A stretch of 64,000 bases of DNA from Candidatus Bathyarchaeia archaeon (GTDB lineage: Archaea; Thermoproteota; Bathyarchaeia; Bathyarchaeales; Bathycorpusculaceae). Below the pieces are notes generated by a model. The model was not told the origin of the DNA, did no database searches, and saw nothing but the letters and a program-made list of their open reading frames with translations. Where the stretch lies: NCBI GenBank assembly GCA_049512075.1, contig JBEKXL010000005.1:32001-96000 (forward strand). Reading direction: 5' to 3'. Of the stretch, positions 40,838 to 50,217 are shown piece by piece (positions within the stretch are counted from its first letter, which is position 1; every line of letters begins with the position of its first letter). The position numbers and the translations under genes are program-made.

Positions 40838-41818
40838 TTATTTAACGATTTCTTGAACTGCCCTGACGATGTCGTTCTCGTTCGGAATGACCCATTTCTC
40901 CAAGGCTGGACTGAATGGGGCTGGAGTGTTCATTCCGCCGACTCTCTTGATGGGCGCATCCAGATAATCCATAGCCTCTTCTGCCACCATGGATGCGAAT
41001 TCTGCGCCCACGCCGCCTCTTTTCCACGCTTCATGAACCACTACGAACCTGCCTGTCTTCTTAACTGAATTCATGAGCGCGTCCTTGTCAAACGGAGTCA
41101 ATGTTCTGGGGTCGATTACTTCCGCGCTGATTCCTTCTCTTTCAAGCTTCTGAGCTGCTAATAAAGTCTTACTCACCATCAGCCCAGTGGCTAGAATCGT
41201 GACGTCTTTGCCGTCTCTCTTGATTTCAGCTTTGCCGAAGGGAACGTAGTACTCAGCTTCAGGCACTTGGCCCTTGCTGCTGTAGAGGAGCTTGTGTTCA
41301 AAAAAAATCACGGGGTTGTCGCTTCTAATGGCGGTCTTGAGCAGTCCTTTCGCATCGTATGGGTTTGAGGGCATAGCGACTTGCAGTCCAGGAATGTGCA
41401 TGAAAAACGCTTCAGGACTCTGTGAGTGTTGTGGGCCGGCGCTTATTCCAGCACCGTACGCTGTCCTGATGACTATTGGAGTTTTGACCTGTCCACCGGA
41501 CATGTAGCGCATTTTTGCCACTTGGTTGAGTATCTGGTCCATGCACACGCCGAGGAAGTCGGAAAACATTATTTCTGCCACGGGTCTCATTCCAACCGAA
41601 GCTGCTCCCAGTGAAAGGCCGACTATGGCTGTCTCAGATATGGGAGTGTCTCTGACCCTGTTTTCTCCAAATTCTTCCAGAAGCCCCTTCGTGACTCCGA
41701 AGTCGCCGCCGTGCACTGCTATGTCTTCGCCGAGAACAAACACCGTTTCGTCCTTCAACATTTCTTCACGTATAGCTTCCCGAAGCGCGTCAACGTATGT
41801 TATTTCTCGCATTTCCAT
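40838..41818 (-). CDS. 2-oxoacid/acetoin dehydrogenase E1 beta
   Basis: GEDI, RVRDTPISE, QHSQS, FEHK, DPRTL. Confidence 0.92.
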   Translation of the reverse strand: MEMREITYVDALREAIREEMLKDETVFVLGEDIAVHGGDFGVTKGLLEEFGENRVRDTPISETAIVGLSLGAASVGMRPVAEIMFSDFLGVCMDQILNQVAKMRYMSGGQVKTPIVIRTAYGAGISAGPQHSQSPEAFFMHIPGLQVAMPSNPYDAKGLLKTAIRSDNPVIFFEHKLLYSSKGQVPEAEYYVPFGKAEIKRDGKDVTILATGLMVSKTLLAAQKLEREGISAEVIDPRTLTPFDKDALMNSVKKTGRFVVVHEAWKRGGVGAEFASMVAEEAMDYLDAPIKRVGGMNTPAPFSPALEKWVIPNENDIVRAVQEIVK

Positions 41819-41829
41819 TTCACCCCTGC

Positions 41830-42786
41830 TCATGCGAACAGGTCTTTTGTCACTTCTTCAGGTTCGGGGTACGGGCTTTCCTGTGCGTATTTTACCGCCT
41901 CTTCCACGGCCGATTTGACCTCCTGATCGATTTTCTGAAGGTCTGCATCTGTCAGAACGCCCATGTTGACAAGTTTTTCACCGAAGTTGAGTGGGTCCTT
42001 CATCTGCCACTCTTCTCTCTCGCTCTTCGTTCTGTAACGCTGCGGATCGCCTTCGAAGGATCCGTAGAACCTGTAAGTCTTACATTCAATCAACGTTGGG
42101 CCCTGTCCCTTTCTTGCTCTTTCCACAGCCTTGTGAGCTGATTCGTAAACTGCCATTACGTCCATTCCGTCTGCGATTATGCCAGGGATGCCGTAGGAAG
42201 CAGCTCGATCGGCTATGTTGCTTATCGGCGTGGATCTTGTTGTGCGAGTGGAAATTGCGTACAAATTGTTTTCGCAGACAAAAATCACGGGCAGTTTCCA
42301 CGCTGCTGCTATGTTGATTCCTTCATGAAAAGCTCCAGTGTTCGATGCGCCGTCGCCGAAGAAAGCAACTGCTACCTGATTGGTTCCTTTCGATTTGGCT
42401 GCAAAGGCAGCGCCAGCCGCGATGGGTATGTTGGCGCCTACGATTGCGTTTGCGCCCAGTATTCCTGAACTGTAATCTGCAATGTGCATTGAGCCTCCTT
42501 TGCCCTTGCAGTAGCCTGTCTTCTTTCCGAAGAGTTCAGCCATCATTCTTCTCAGATCCGCACCCTTCGCGATGCAGTGTCCATGACCCCTGTGTGTGCT
42601 CGTTATGTAATCGTTCCTCGTCAAGTTTGCGCACACGCCGACGGCGACTGCTTCCTCTCCGATGTAAAGATGAACGAAGCCGGGAATCAGTCCCTTGGAG
42701 AATAATTCGCTGACTTTCTCCTCGAATCGTCTTATTCTCACCATTCCTCTGTACAATTCAATCATTTTCTCGCTACTGAGAGACAA
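41830..42786 (-). CDS. 2-oxoacid/acetoin dehydrogenase E1 alpha (AcoA-like)
   Basis: HLYIGEEA, STHRGHGH, GKGGSMH, GDGA..N TPP motif. Confidence 0.92.
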   Translation of the reverse strand: MSLSSEKMIELYRGMVRIRRFEEKVSELFSKGLIPGFVHLYIGEEAVAVGVCANLTRNDYITSTHRGHGHCIAKGADLRRMMAELFGKKTGYCKGKGGSMHIADYSSGILGANAIVGANIPIAAGAAFAAKSKGTNQVAVAFFGDGASNTGAFHEGINIAAAWKLPVIFVCENNLYAISTRTTRSTPISNIADRAASYGIPGIIADGMDVMAVYESAHKAVERARKGQGPTLIECKTYRFYGSFEGDPQRYRTKSEREEWQMKDPLNFGEKLVNMGVLTDADLQKIDQEVKSAVEEAVKYAQESPYPEPEEVTKDLFA

Positions 42787-42879
42787 CCAAGATCATCTCG
42801 CCTAACTTTCAGGGGTATCAAGCGCTCTGCCTTAACATAACTGTTATGGAGAAACTGCAGATTCTATCAGGTCCAAGTT

Positions 42880-43818
42880 TCAGGGCACGACGCGTGTGCC
42901 AGTCTCTCCTCGCAGAGCGCGCTCAAGATTTTCTGGGTTGGTTATAAGAGCTTCTTTTCCCTCGTGTTCCAGGTAGCTTATTATCGCTTCAATTTTTGGG
43001 CCCATGCTGCCGGCGGTGAAATGTCCCCGTTCAAGGTATTCCTTGGCTTCCGTCAGTGTCATCTTGTCAAGCGATTTCTGGTTTGGCTCTCCGAAGTTTA
43101 GAGCTACTTTCTCCACGGCTGTTGAAATTAGAAAGAGGTCGGCTTTTATGCCGATGGCAAGAAGCGCCGAAGCGTAGTCTTTGTCGATTACTGCTTCTGC
43201 TCCTTTGAGCTTGCCGTCTTGTTCGATGACTGGGATTCCTCCGCCTCCGACGGCGACGACTACTATTCCTTTATTGACGAGGGCTTTGATGACGTCCTGC
43301 TCGATGATCCTAACGGGCATCGGAGAGGGTACTACGCGGCGCCAACCGCGGCCTGCGTCTTCCATGACGTCCCAACCTCTTTCTTTCCTGTATTTTTCTG
43401 CTTTTTCTTTGTCGTAAAAGGGGCCGATGGGCTTAGCTGGGTTTTGGAATGCGGGATCGTTCTTCTTGACCAATGTCTGAGTCACGACTGACACGACGCT
43501 TGTTTTGATTCCTCTTTGTTTGAGTTCATTGTAGAGGCATTGTTGTATCATGTAGCCTATGGCTCCCTGGGTGTCAGCTCCACAGGAATCAAGCGGGACC
43601 GTGTGAAGGACGTTGCTTGCCAGTTCTGAGCGCAAGAGAATGAAGCCCACTTGAGGGCCGTTTCCGTGAGTTACGACCACTTTCCATCCTTGTTCTATCA
43701 TGCTAGCGATGTGGGTACAAGTTTCACGGGTTGCTTCAAATTGATCAGGCACCGTCTGATGGTTTTTATCCTTAATAAGAGAGTTGCCACCGATGGCCAC
43801 GACTGCTACGTTTCCCAT
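42880..43818 (-). CDS. arcC: Carbamate kinase
   Basis: AIGGNSL, THGNGPQVG, KPIGPF, RRVVPSP, GGGGIPV, AVIDKD, GSMGPK. Confidence 0.95.
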   Translation of the reverse strand: MGNVAVVAIGGNSLIKDKNHQTVPDQFEATRETCTHIASMIEQGWKVVVTHGNGPQVGFILLRSELASNVLHTVPLDSCGADTQGAIGYMIQQCLYNELKQRGIKTSVVSVVTQTLVKKNDPAFQNPAKPIGPFYDKEKAEKYRKERGWDVMEDAGRGWRRVVPSPMPVRIIEQDVIKALVNKGIVVVAVGGGGIPVIEQDGKLKGAEAVIDKDYASALLAIGIKADLFLISTAVEKVALNFGEPNQKSLDKMTLTEAKEYLERGHFTAGSMGPKIEAIISYLEHEGKEALITNPENLERALRGETGTRVVP

Positions 43819-43943
43819 GTGCTTTTTCACCTATACGCTGAGGGGTAAGTTGTAGGAATATTCATTGTCCTATAAATATGAGCGCGTCTTCTTCAAGTAC
43901 CGACGGTTTTGTCACGCGTACTGTGCATCAGGTTCGACCGCGT

Positions 43944-44981
43944 TCAAGCCACATTTAGTTTTGGTTCCTGTCCTATTGTCAGAGAAAGAACGGCCATTTT
44001 GGCGTAGAAACTGTCTTCAGCCTGTTCGAAAATAGCGGAGTTCGGTCCCTCCACAACTTCGTCGGTGGCCTCTTCGCCTCTGAAGACTGGAAGCACATGG
44101 GTGACGATAGCCTGCTTGCTCATGAGTTCATCGACATGCCTCTGATCCAGCTTCCAATTCCTGTATTTGTTGTGTATTCTGATCTCGTTGTCTGCTCCAA
44201 AAGCGGTTAAGCCTTTCTTGCCAAGTTCAGAGGTGACCCAGCTTCGCGGGAAAACCGCATCTGCATCTTTCAAGGCTTCTTTGAAATCGTTGCTTGTTTC
44301 CAAGCTTCCGCCGCTTGCTTTCGCGTTCTTTCTTGCTGTTTCAATGATTCTGGTGTCGATTTCAAACTCAGGCGGGTGGGCAAGCACAACGTCCATTCCG
44401 AACCTTGTAGCTATCTGCAGCTCTTCCTGTATGCTGCATCTTCCTCTAAGCTTACTGGAGTAAGCCCAAGTGACAGCGTACTTTTTTCCCTTCAGGTTTC
44501 GAAGTTTTCTTCTGAGAGTCATTATGTCTCCGATAGCTTGAGTCGGATGGTACGTGCAACAGGCCATGTTTATAACCGGAACCTTCGCGGCTCTTGCGAA
44601 CTGCTCCACGATTCTTCGTCCGTTGCCGTAGACAAAGTCGATGGTCTCATCCAGCACTCTCACTCCAATGCCGTCGCCAAACGTGCTGTACATGCGAGCC
44701 GCGTCCTCCAGAGTTTCTCCAGTTCCGATCCTCGTGGTGGCAACGTCAATGTACGCAGCGTGTCCGCCGAGCAGTTCCATTCCCGCCTCAAACGCCGCCC
44801 GTGTCCTGGTTGACGGCGCCCAAAAAAGCATGAAAAAGCTTTTCCTGTCCAGCATCTTTGGCGGAAGTTTGCCTTTCTTTCTTATGCTCTTCAGTTTTTC
44901 AGCAAGCTTCATCGTGGTTAATAATTCGTCGATGCTCCAGTCTTGGGTTGTTATCAGGTCCCTTCCAAACAAGCTCGACAT
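43944..44981 (-). CDS. Transcarbamylase, knotted YgeW/AOTCase-like, paralog A
   Basis: STRT, HPTQ, VTWAYS, FPRSW, HVLP (instead of HCLP); no SMG loop. Confidence 0.85.
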   Translation of the reverse strand: MSSLFGRDLITTQDWSIDELLTTMKLAEKLKSIRKKGKLPPKMLDRKSFFMLFWAPSTRTRAAFEAGMELLGGHAAYIDVATTRIGTGETLEDAARMYSTFGDGIGVRVLDETIDFVYGNGRRIVEQFARAAKVPVINMACCTYHPTQAIGDIMTLRRKLRNLKGKKYAVTWAYSSKLRGRCSIQEELQIATRFGMDVVLAHPPEFEIDTRIIETARKNAKASGGSLETSNDFKEALKDADAVFPRSWVTSELGKKGLTAFGADNEIRIHNKYRNWKLDQRHVDELMSKQAIVTHVLPVFRGEEATDEVVEGPNSAIFEQAEDSFYAKMAVLSLTIGQEPKLNVA

Positions 44982-45109
44982 CTTTACCGCCCAACAAAGG
45001 ATTGAGAGCGTTCTAGTTTTGTGAAATTCCGCCAACGCTAAGAGCGCGTTAATGGTTTTATAGGCTGTCAGGGTATTTTAGTTTTGTTTTAAGGGAGAGC
45101 AAAGCCGAG

Positions 45110-46363
45110 TTAGTCTTTGTTGATGGACTCGAACTCTTTGAGATCGGGTTTTATCGTAGGGGCTTTCATAGACTGGTTTATCACCGCTTCTGGATCCTTC
45201 AGTCCGCTTCCTGTTATCAGCACAACCACCGTCTCATCTTTTTTCACCATGTCTAGACTGACGAGTTTGACGAGGCCGGCGAGAGACGCGACGCCTGTGG
45301 GTTCTGCGAATATCCCCTCAGTCGAAGCCAGAAGGCCCTGTGACTCCAGTATCTCTTTGTCAGAGACTGCCTCAGCCGTTCCGCCTGTTTCTCTCAACGC
45401 AACTAAAGCAGCATCTCCGTCCCATGGGAATACATCTGAAAGGCCGCCTGCAATCGTTGTGGGGCGGTCCCAAGGTTCTATTTCAAACGGACCCCTGTTC
45501 TGTTTGAAGGCTCTGACCAGCGGGGCGCAGCCCTCAGGTTGTATCGCAGCGAGTTTTGATGTGGGCTCTATGAAGCCAAGGTTTTGGAAGTCGTTGAAGC
45601 CTTTCCAAATTCCAGCTAGGAGGCATCCCGAGCCCGTGGGCACTATTACCCAGTCCGGTGTGTTCCAGTCGAGCTGTTCGATGATTTCATACGCCATCGT
45701 CTTTGGGCCTTCGACTTGGTAAGGGTTGAACGGGCCGAAGCTGGGGCATGGATACCATCCGTATTTGTCAACGACCATCTGAAGCATTTGCACTGTGGGA
45801 TCTTTGCCTTTTTCGGCAGCTTTCAACCGTGTGACTTTTGTTCCGTAGAGGCGGATTTGAGCAAGCTTGACTTCAGGCGCGGATTCTAGGACGAAAGCGT
45901 AGCATTTCAATCCTGCCTTTGCAGAGTGAGCGGCGAGGGCTGCGGCAGCGTTGCCGCTTGACGCTGTGGCGGTCGTGTCAACGCCAAACTCGACGGCTTT
46001 CGAAACCCCGACAGTCATCGATCGGTCCTTGAAGGAGCCGGTGGGGCTTCGAGTCTCATCTTTGAGGTAGAGGTTTCTGAGTCCGAGTTTCCAGGCAAGT
46101 TTGGTTGCTTTTATGAGTGGTGTTCCTCCAGCATCGAGGGTGACAATGTTTTTCTTGTTTTTGATTGGAAGAAGCTCGTAGTATTTCCAAACGTTTGAGG
46201 CTCTTCGGCTGAGGGTTGGTTTATCTACTCTTTCTGCTATGGCCGAATAGTCGTAGTATATGTCAAGGCGCCCTCTGTCCTTGTTGAGGCACATGCACAC
46301 CTTTTCATCGGCTGAGTATTCTCGTCCACAGCGAGCACATTTCATTTTCGCGACGAAGGCCAA
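45110..46363 (-). CDS. Threonine synthase-like PLP enzyme
   Basis: N-terminal CxxC, PTGSFKDR, ASSGN, EGPKTMAYE, PTGSG, TGSGLK. Confidence 0.88.
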   Translation of the reverse strand: MAFVAKMKCARCGREYSADEKVCMCLNKDRGRLDIYYDYSAIAERVDKPTLSRRASNVWKYYELLPIKNKKNIVTLDAGGTPLIKATKLAWKLGLRNLYLKDETRSPTGSFKDRSMTVGVSKAVEFGVDTTATASSGNAAAALAAHSAKAGLKCYAFVLESAPEVKLAQIRLYGTKVTRLKAAEKGKDPTVQMLQMVVDKYGWYPCPSFGPFNPYQVEGPKTMAYEIIEQLDWNTPDWVIVPTGSGCLLAGIWKGFNDFQNLGFIEPTSKLAAIQPEGCAPLVRAFKQNRGPFEIEPWDRPTTIAGGLSDVFPWDGDAALVALRETGGTAEAVSDKEILESQGLLASTEGIFAEPTGVASLAGLVKLVSLDMVKKDETVVVLITGSGLKDPEAVINQSMKAPTIKPDLKEFESINKD

Positions 46364-46395
46364 TCACAACACCAGCACATGCGTCCTTGACTGTT

Positions 46396-47862
46396 TTATG
46401 GCAAGGCGACTTTCTCGTTGAACTGATTGATTAGTTCATCTATCTTGGGTACTAGTTTCTGGTTCTCGGCCCAGTATAAGTCATAATCGTACCATTGACT
46501 GTTCAGTTCGGGGAGACTGAACATTTGCTGCTCTATCCATGTGAAGTATTTCAGGTGATGTATTCGTTTGCGGTCGTAATGCGTGAGTTCCATCATCGAA
46601 TCAGTCTTCACGGCCATCAGGTGCCTGTGGAAATCTCGGATCGCATCTTTCTCATGGTATTCGCCGTTTCGTTCTTGCGCCTCTCGCAGGCGGGATTGAT
46701 ACAGTTCCATCGAGTCCGTAAACACCGTCAGCACAACATCCTTGCGGGTGAGCTCGTAGTATTTTGCGAATTTTATTGACATGAGCACGTTGGCTATGCT
46801 GGAAATGCCCAGCAGGTCAAGCTTAGAAACCAGCTCCTCGGGAACGCCGACCTCTTTTGTTAGATATCTGCGTCCTGCAGGCTCGTTGAACAGTCTCATC
46901 AAGCTGAGCGGGTCGTCATCGTCAATTCCAATGGCGACGTCCGTGTTTCTCACGTTGTGAATCCAGGGAACATGCTTGTCGCCTATGCCTTCTATTCTGT
47001 GAGCACCGTACCCATTGAGCAGAAGCGTAGGACACTGAAGAGCTTCTCCAGCAGCGATCTTTGAAGCGGGGTACACTTGCTTCAAGTAGTCGCCGCACGC
47101 AATCGTCCCTGCTGATCCGGTTGTTAGGCATACGCCTTGAAATCCGCCTCCTCCAAGCTCCTTTTTGAGGACCTCGTCCATCGCGTGTCCTGTAACGTCA
47201 TAATGGAACAGGTAGTTGCCGAACTCGCTGAACTGGTTGAAAACGAAAATGTCTTTTCTTGTTCGCTTGAGCTCCCACACCTTGTCGTATATCTCTTTCA
47301 CGTTGCTCTCGCTTCCGGGTGTGGCAATTATCTCACCTGCCACGGTCTTCAGCCATTCAAATCGTTCCCTGGACATTTGCTCGGGAAGAATCGCAATGCT
47401 GTCGCATCCGAGAAGCGTCGCATCGTAGGCGCCTCCTCTGCAAAAGTTCCCAGTGCTGGGCCATACTGCCTTATGCCTTGTGGGATCGAACTGGCCTGTC
47501 ACAAGCGGGGGAACCAGACAACCGAAAGTCGCGCCTACCTTGTGTGACCCTGTTGGAAACCACTTCCCGACTAGGGCGATTATTCTCGCCTCAACGCCGG
47601 TGAGTTCCGACGGCAACTCTATATAATTGGCTGCGGACCGAAACAACCCGCCGCTGGGTACAGGGTCGTTCTTCCAAATGATTCTGAACAGGTTTTGAGG
47701 GGCAACGTCCCAGAGCCCTGTGTTCCTAAGCTGTTCCTTGATTGCACTCGGCGCGGTGTTGGGGTTCTTTAGCTGAGCAAAGGTGGGAACCACTATCTTC
47801 CTTTCTCTGCACCTCTGAACTGTTCTCTCAAGCTGCTCTTCGTTCATCGTGAGATCTATCAA
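46396..47862 (-). CDS. Fold-type II PLP-dependent lyase of ygeW-associated clusters
   Basis: FPTGSHKVGA, WPSTGNFCRGG, TGSAGT, HRIEGIGDKH. Confidence 0.8.
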   Translation of the reverse strand: MIDLTMNEEQLERTVQRCRERKIVVPTFAQLKNPNTAPSAIKEQLRNTGLWDVAPQNLFRIIWKNDPVPSGGLFRSAANYIELPSELTGVEARIIALVGKWFPTGSHKVGATFGCLVPPLVTGQFDPTRHKAVWPSTGNFCRGGAYDATLLGCDSIAILPEQMSRERFEWLKTVAGEIIATPGSESNVKEIYDKVWELKRTRKDIFVFNQFSEFGNYLFHYDVTGHAMDEVLKKELGGGGFQGVCLTTGSAGTIACGDYLKQVYPASKIAAGEALQCPTLLLNGYGAHRIEGIGDKHVPWIHNVRNTDVAIGIDDDDPLSLMRLFNEPAGRRYLTKEVGVPEELVSKLDLLGISSIANVLMSIKFAKYYELTRKDVVLTVFTDSMELYQSRLREAQERNGEYHEKDAIRDFHRHLMAVKTDSMMELTHYDRKRIHHLKYFTWIEQQMFSLPELNSQWYDYDLYWAENQKLVPKIDELINQFNEKVALP

Positions 47863-47942
47863 TTATACCGCCCTTCGTCCTTTCTGAAGAGATAAAACTT
47901 ATAAATCCACCTACTGTTTTTCCTCAACCCAAGGTGTACGAA

Positions 47943-48995
47943 ATGAAGCCATACATTGGAGCTTTTAAGGGAAAAGATTGGCTCGAGACACAATCCTGGA
48001 GCCAAGAAGATCTTAAGCTGCTCATAACGGCCTCCAAGGACTTGAAGCAGAAGTACAAAGCAAGAAAATCCACAGCTGAAATTCTCCGCGACCGCACGCT
48101 GTTCATGATTTTCTTCAATCGCTCACTGCGGACGAGAAACAGTTTTGAAGCCGGCATGACTCAACTGGGCGGGCATGCTCATTTCCTTTCGCCCCAAGAC
48201 ATTTACGTCCCTGCTTTGCCCGAGGATGAAGAGGCTTACAAGACGGAGCGGATCGCTGACGTGGCCCGCGTACTTGACGAGATGGGAGACGCTATCGCCA
48301 TCAGAATTTACGGTGATGCTGCCAAGTGGATGTATGGACGCGGACATCGCACCGTTGAAGAGTTTGCCAAGTGGGCAAAGATTCCGGTCATCAACATGGA
48401 AGATGATGTTTATCATCCCTGTCAAGAAATGGCTGACATTCAGGCTGTAGACGAACACGTTGGCAAGTTCCAGGGTAAGAAGTTCGTTATGTCGTGGGCT
48501 TTCAGCGAAGGATTAAAACCGCTTGCAGTACCTCAGAGCTGTGTCTTGATAGCTTCGAAAATGGGTATGGACGTCGTCTTTGCCAGGCCTAAGGGCTTTG
48601 AACTTGATGATAGGATCATTGAATGGGCTAAAGATAACGCGGACAGGTATGGGGGCAGCTTCTCGGAGACGGATAACATGGAAGAGGCTTTTGAAGGGGC
48701 ACACGTGGTCTATCCTAAAAGCTGGACTGCGAGGGCTGCACTGCCAGGACCATGGGGAGGCCCAGCTCAACCGGACAAACAACTGGCGTTAGAGTACGCT
48801 AGGAAGAACAAATCTTGGATTTGCGATCAGGCGAAGATGGATTTGACAGCCAAGGCCATTTACATGCACTGCCTGCCCGCAGACCGCGGGATGGAAGTGA
48901 CCGACGAAGTCATCGACGGACCTCAAAGCGTCGCGTTCGACGAAGCCGGAAACCGATTGCACGCCCAAAAAGCAATAATGGCCGCGATCATGTAA
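47943..48995 (+). CDS. Transcarbamylase, YgeW-like, paralog B
   Basis: SLRT, HPCQ, MSWAFSEGLKPLAVPQS, VYPKSW, MHCLPADRG. Confidence 0.87.
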   Translation: MKPYIGAFKGKDWLETQSWSQEDLKLLITASKDLKQKYKARKSTAEILRDRTLFMIFFNRSLRTRNSFEAGMTQLGGHAHFLSPQDIYVPALPEDEEAYKTERIADVARVLDEMGDAIAIRIYGDAAKWMYGRGHRTVEEFAKWAKIPVINMEDDVYHPCQEMADIQAVDEHVGKFQGKKFVMSWAFSEGLKPLAVPQSCVLIASKMGMDVVFARPKGFELDDRIIEWAKDNADRYGGSFSETDNMEEAFEGAHVVYPKSWTARAALPGPWGGPAQPDKQLALEYARKNKSWICDQAKMDLTAKAIYMHCLPADRGMEVTDEVIDGPQSVAFDEAGNRLHAQKAIMAAIM

Positions 48996-49032
48996 CAAAG
49001 GCAGCTGAACTAGGATTCACTCTTCAACACTT

Positions 49033-50121
49033 TCACTTTTTCCTCAACGGTTTCTTGACTTTCTCAAAGCGTTCGGCCATTGCCTCAAACAAGTTCTCCA
49101 CGCCGAACCTCTGGACATCAGTTGCGGGCAAATTCGTTTCCTTTTCGGCTTGCCTTATGGCCGCCCTGATTTCTTCATCCGACTTCAAACCGTTGTAATT
49201 GTAAATATAGCTAATTGCAATTCCAACAACCTTGGTCCTGGGGCACAACGTTTCAATCAAACGTATTTCCTCTTTGAGACTTGGTACTTTCATTGTTGGA
49301 AAGCCGTCCCGTGTTCCTCTGAATGGATCGTGAACCATTATGACAGCGTCAGGCTGAGAACCGTAGAGTATCGCCAGGGTTTCAACTCCGTAGGCTGGGT
49401 GAGAGAGTGAAGCCTGTCCTTCAACGATGATTAGGTCCTTTCCCATCTTCGCAACGTCAGCAGTCATTTTGGCCACGGTTCCAGGTATGAAGTCTCCGGG
49501 AATGGCGTCTATGGCTGCGCCAGCGTCGCCTCTTACCAGCATCATCGTCTGCCCTGTTGCTACGGCGCCGACGTTCAAGCCTCTTTTTTCGGCCTCTTTC
49601 ACGAGTTCCATCATGACTATGTTCTTGCCAGTGGCAGCATCGGTGGCGAGGATTGCCACGACAGGCACTTTGATGTTTAATACTTCCATGAGTACTTCAA
49701 GATTCTTAGGAGGTTTTCTTAGATCGATCAATTTGACTCCATGCTGCTTTGCAAGGTCACTGAATTCCGGCTGGTCACCGAAGAAATAGTGCAGCCCACT
49801 CACGATGTCCAACCCGTTCTTGATAGCTTCTTTGATGATGCTCTTCCACTCTTCTGGAAGACTGCCTCCAGGCGGAGCGATTCCGATGATTAAGGCGTCT
49901 GGCTTGTACTTCAATGCTTCTTTAAGGCCTCCGACGATGGATATTTTCTTCTTGCCTATTCCTAAGACTTCTCCGGCGTCTTTTCCTGCTTTCTTCTCAT
50001 CAATTACCGCTACGATTTTGTATTTGCCCCCGTATATCACGAGGTCGTTGGCAGTTTTTCCTTCAAGAGTGCCAAACGCTTTGCTTGCAAGAATTATCGC
50101 AGTTTTGAGATTTTCAGGCAC
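49033..50121 (-). CDS. DUF1611-family P-loop protein (DgcN-like)
   Basis: GKTA, GIAPPGG.LP, IVSGLH, TDAATGK, ATGQT, VEGQASLSHPAY. Confidence 0.82.
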   Translation of the reverse strand: MPENLKTAIILASKAFGTLEGKTANDLVIYGGKYKIVAVIDEKKAGKDAGEVLGIGKKKISIVGGLKEALKYKPDALIIGIAPPGGSLPEEWKSIIKEAIKNGLDIVSGLHYFFGDQPEFSDLAKQHGVKLIDLRKPPKNLEVLMEVLNIKVPVVAILATDAATGKNIVMMELVKEAEKRGLNVGAVATGQTMMLVRGDAGAAIDAIPGDFIPGTVAKMTADVAKMGKDLIIVEGQASLSHPAYGVETLAILYGSQPDAVIMVHDPFRGTRDGFPTMKVPSLKEEIRLIETLCPRTKVVGIAISYIYNYNGLKSDEEIRAAIRQAEKETNLPATDVQRFGVENLFEAMAERFEKVKKPLRKK

Positions 50122-50217
50122 GTATACAGCATCTCTTTTTTTAAGCCTTCACCGCCTTACTAAAATATAACTTTATTCATTGACAATTGATGTTTGCAGA
50201 CTAGGGGTTCTGGGGAA

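Noticed and set aside
43944-48995. Arginine deiminase pathway or arginine biosynthesis (argF/arcB)
   Set aside because: Neither transcarbamylase has the SMG ornithine-binding loop, and no arcA is present.
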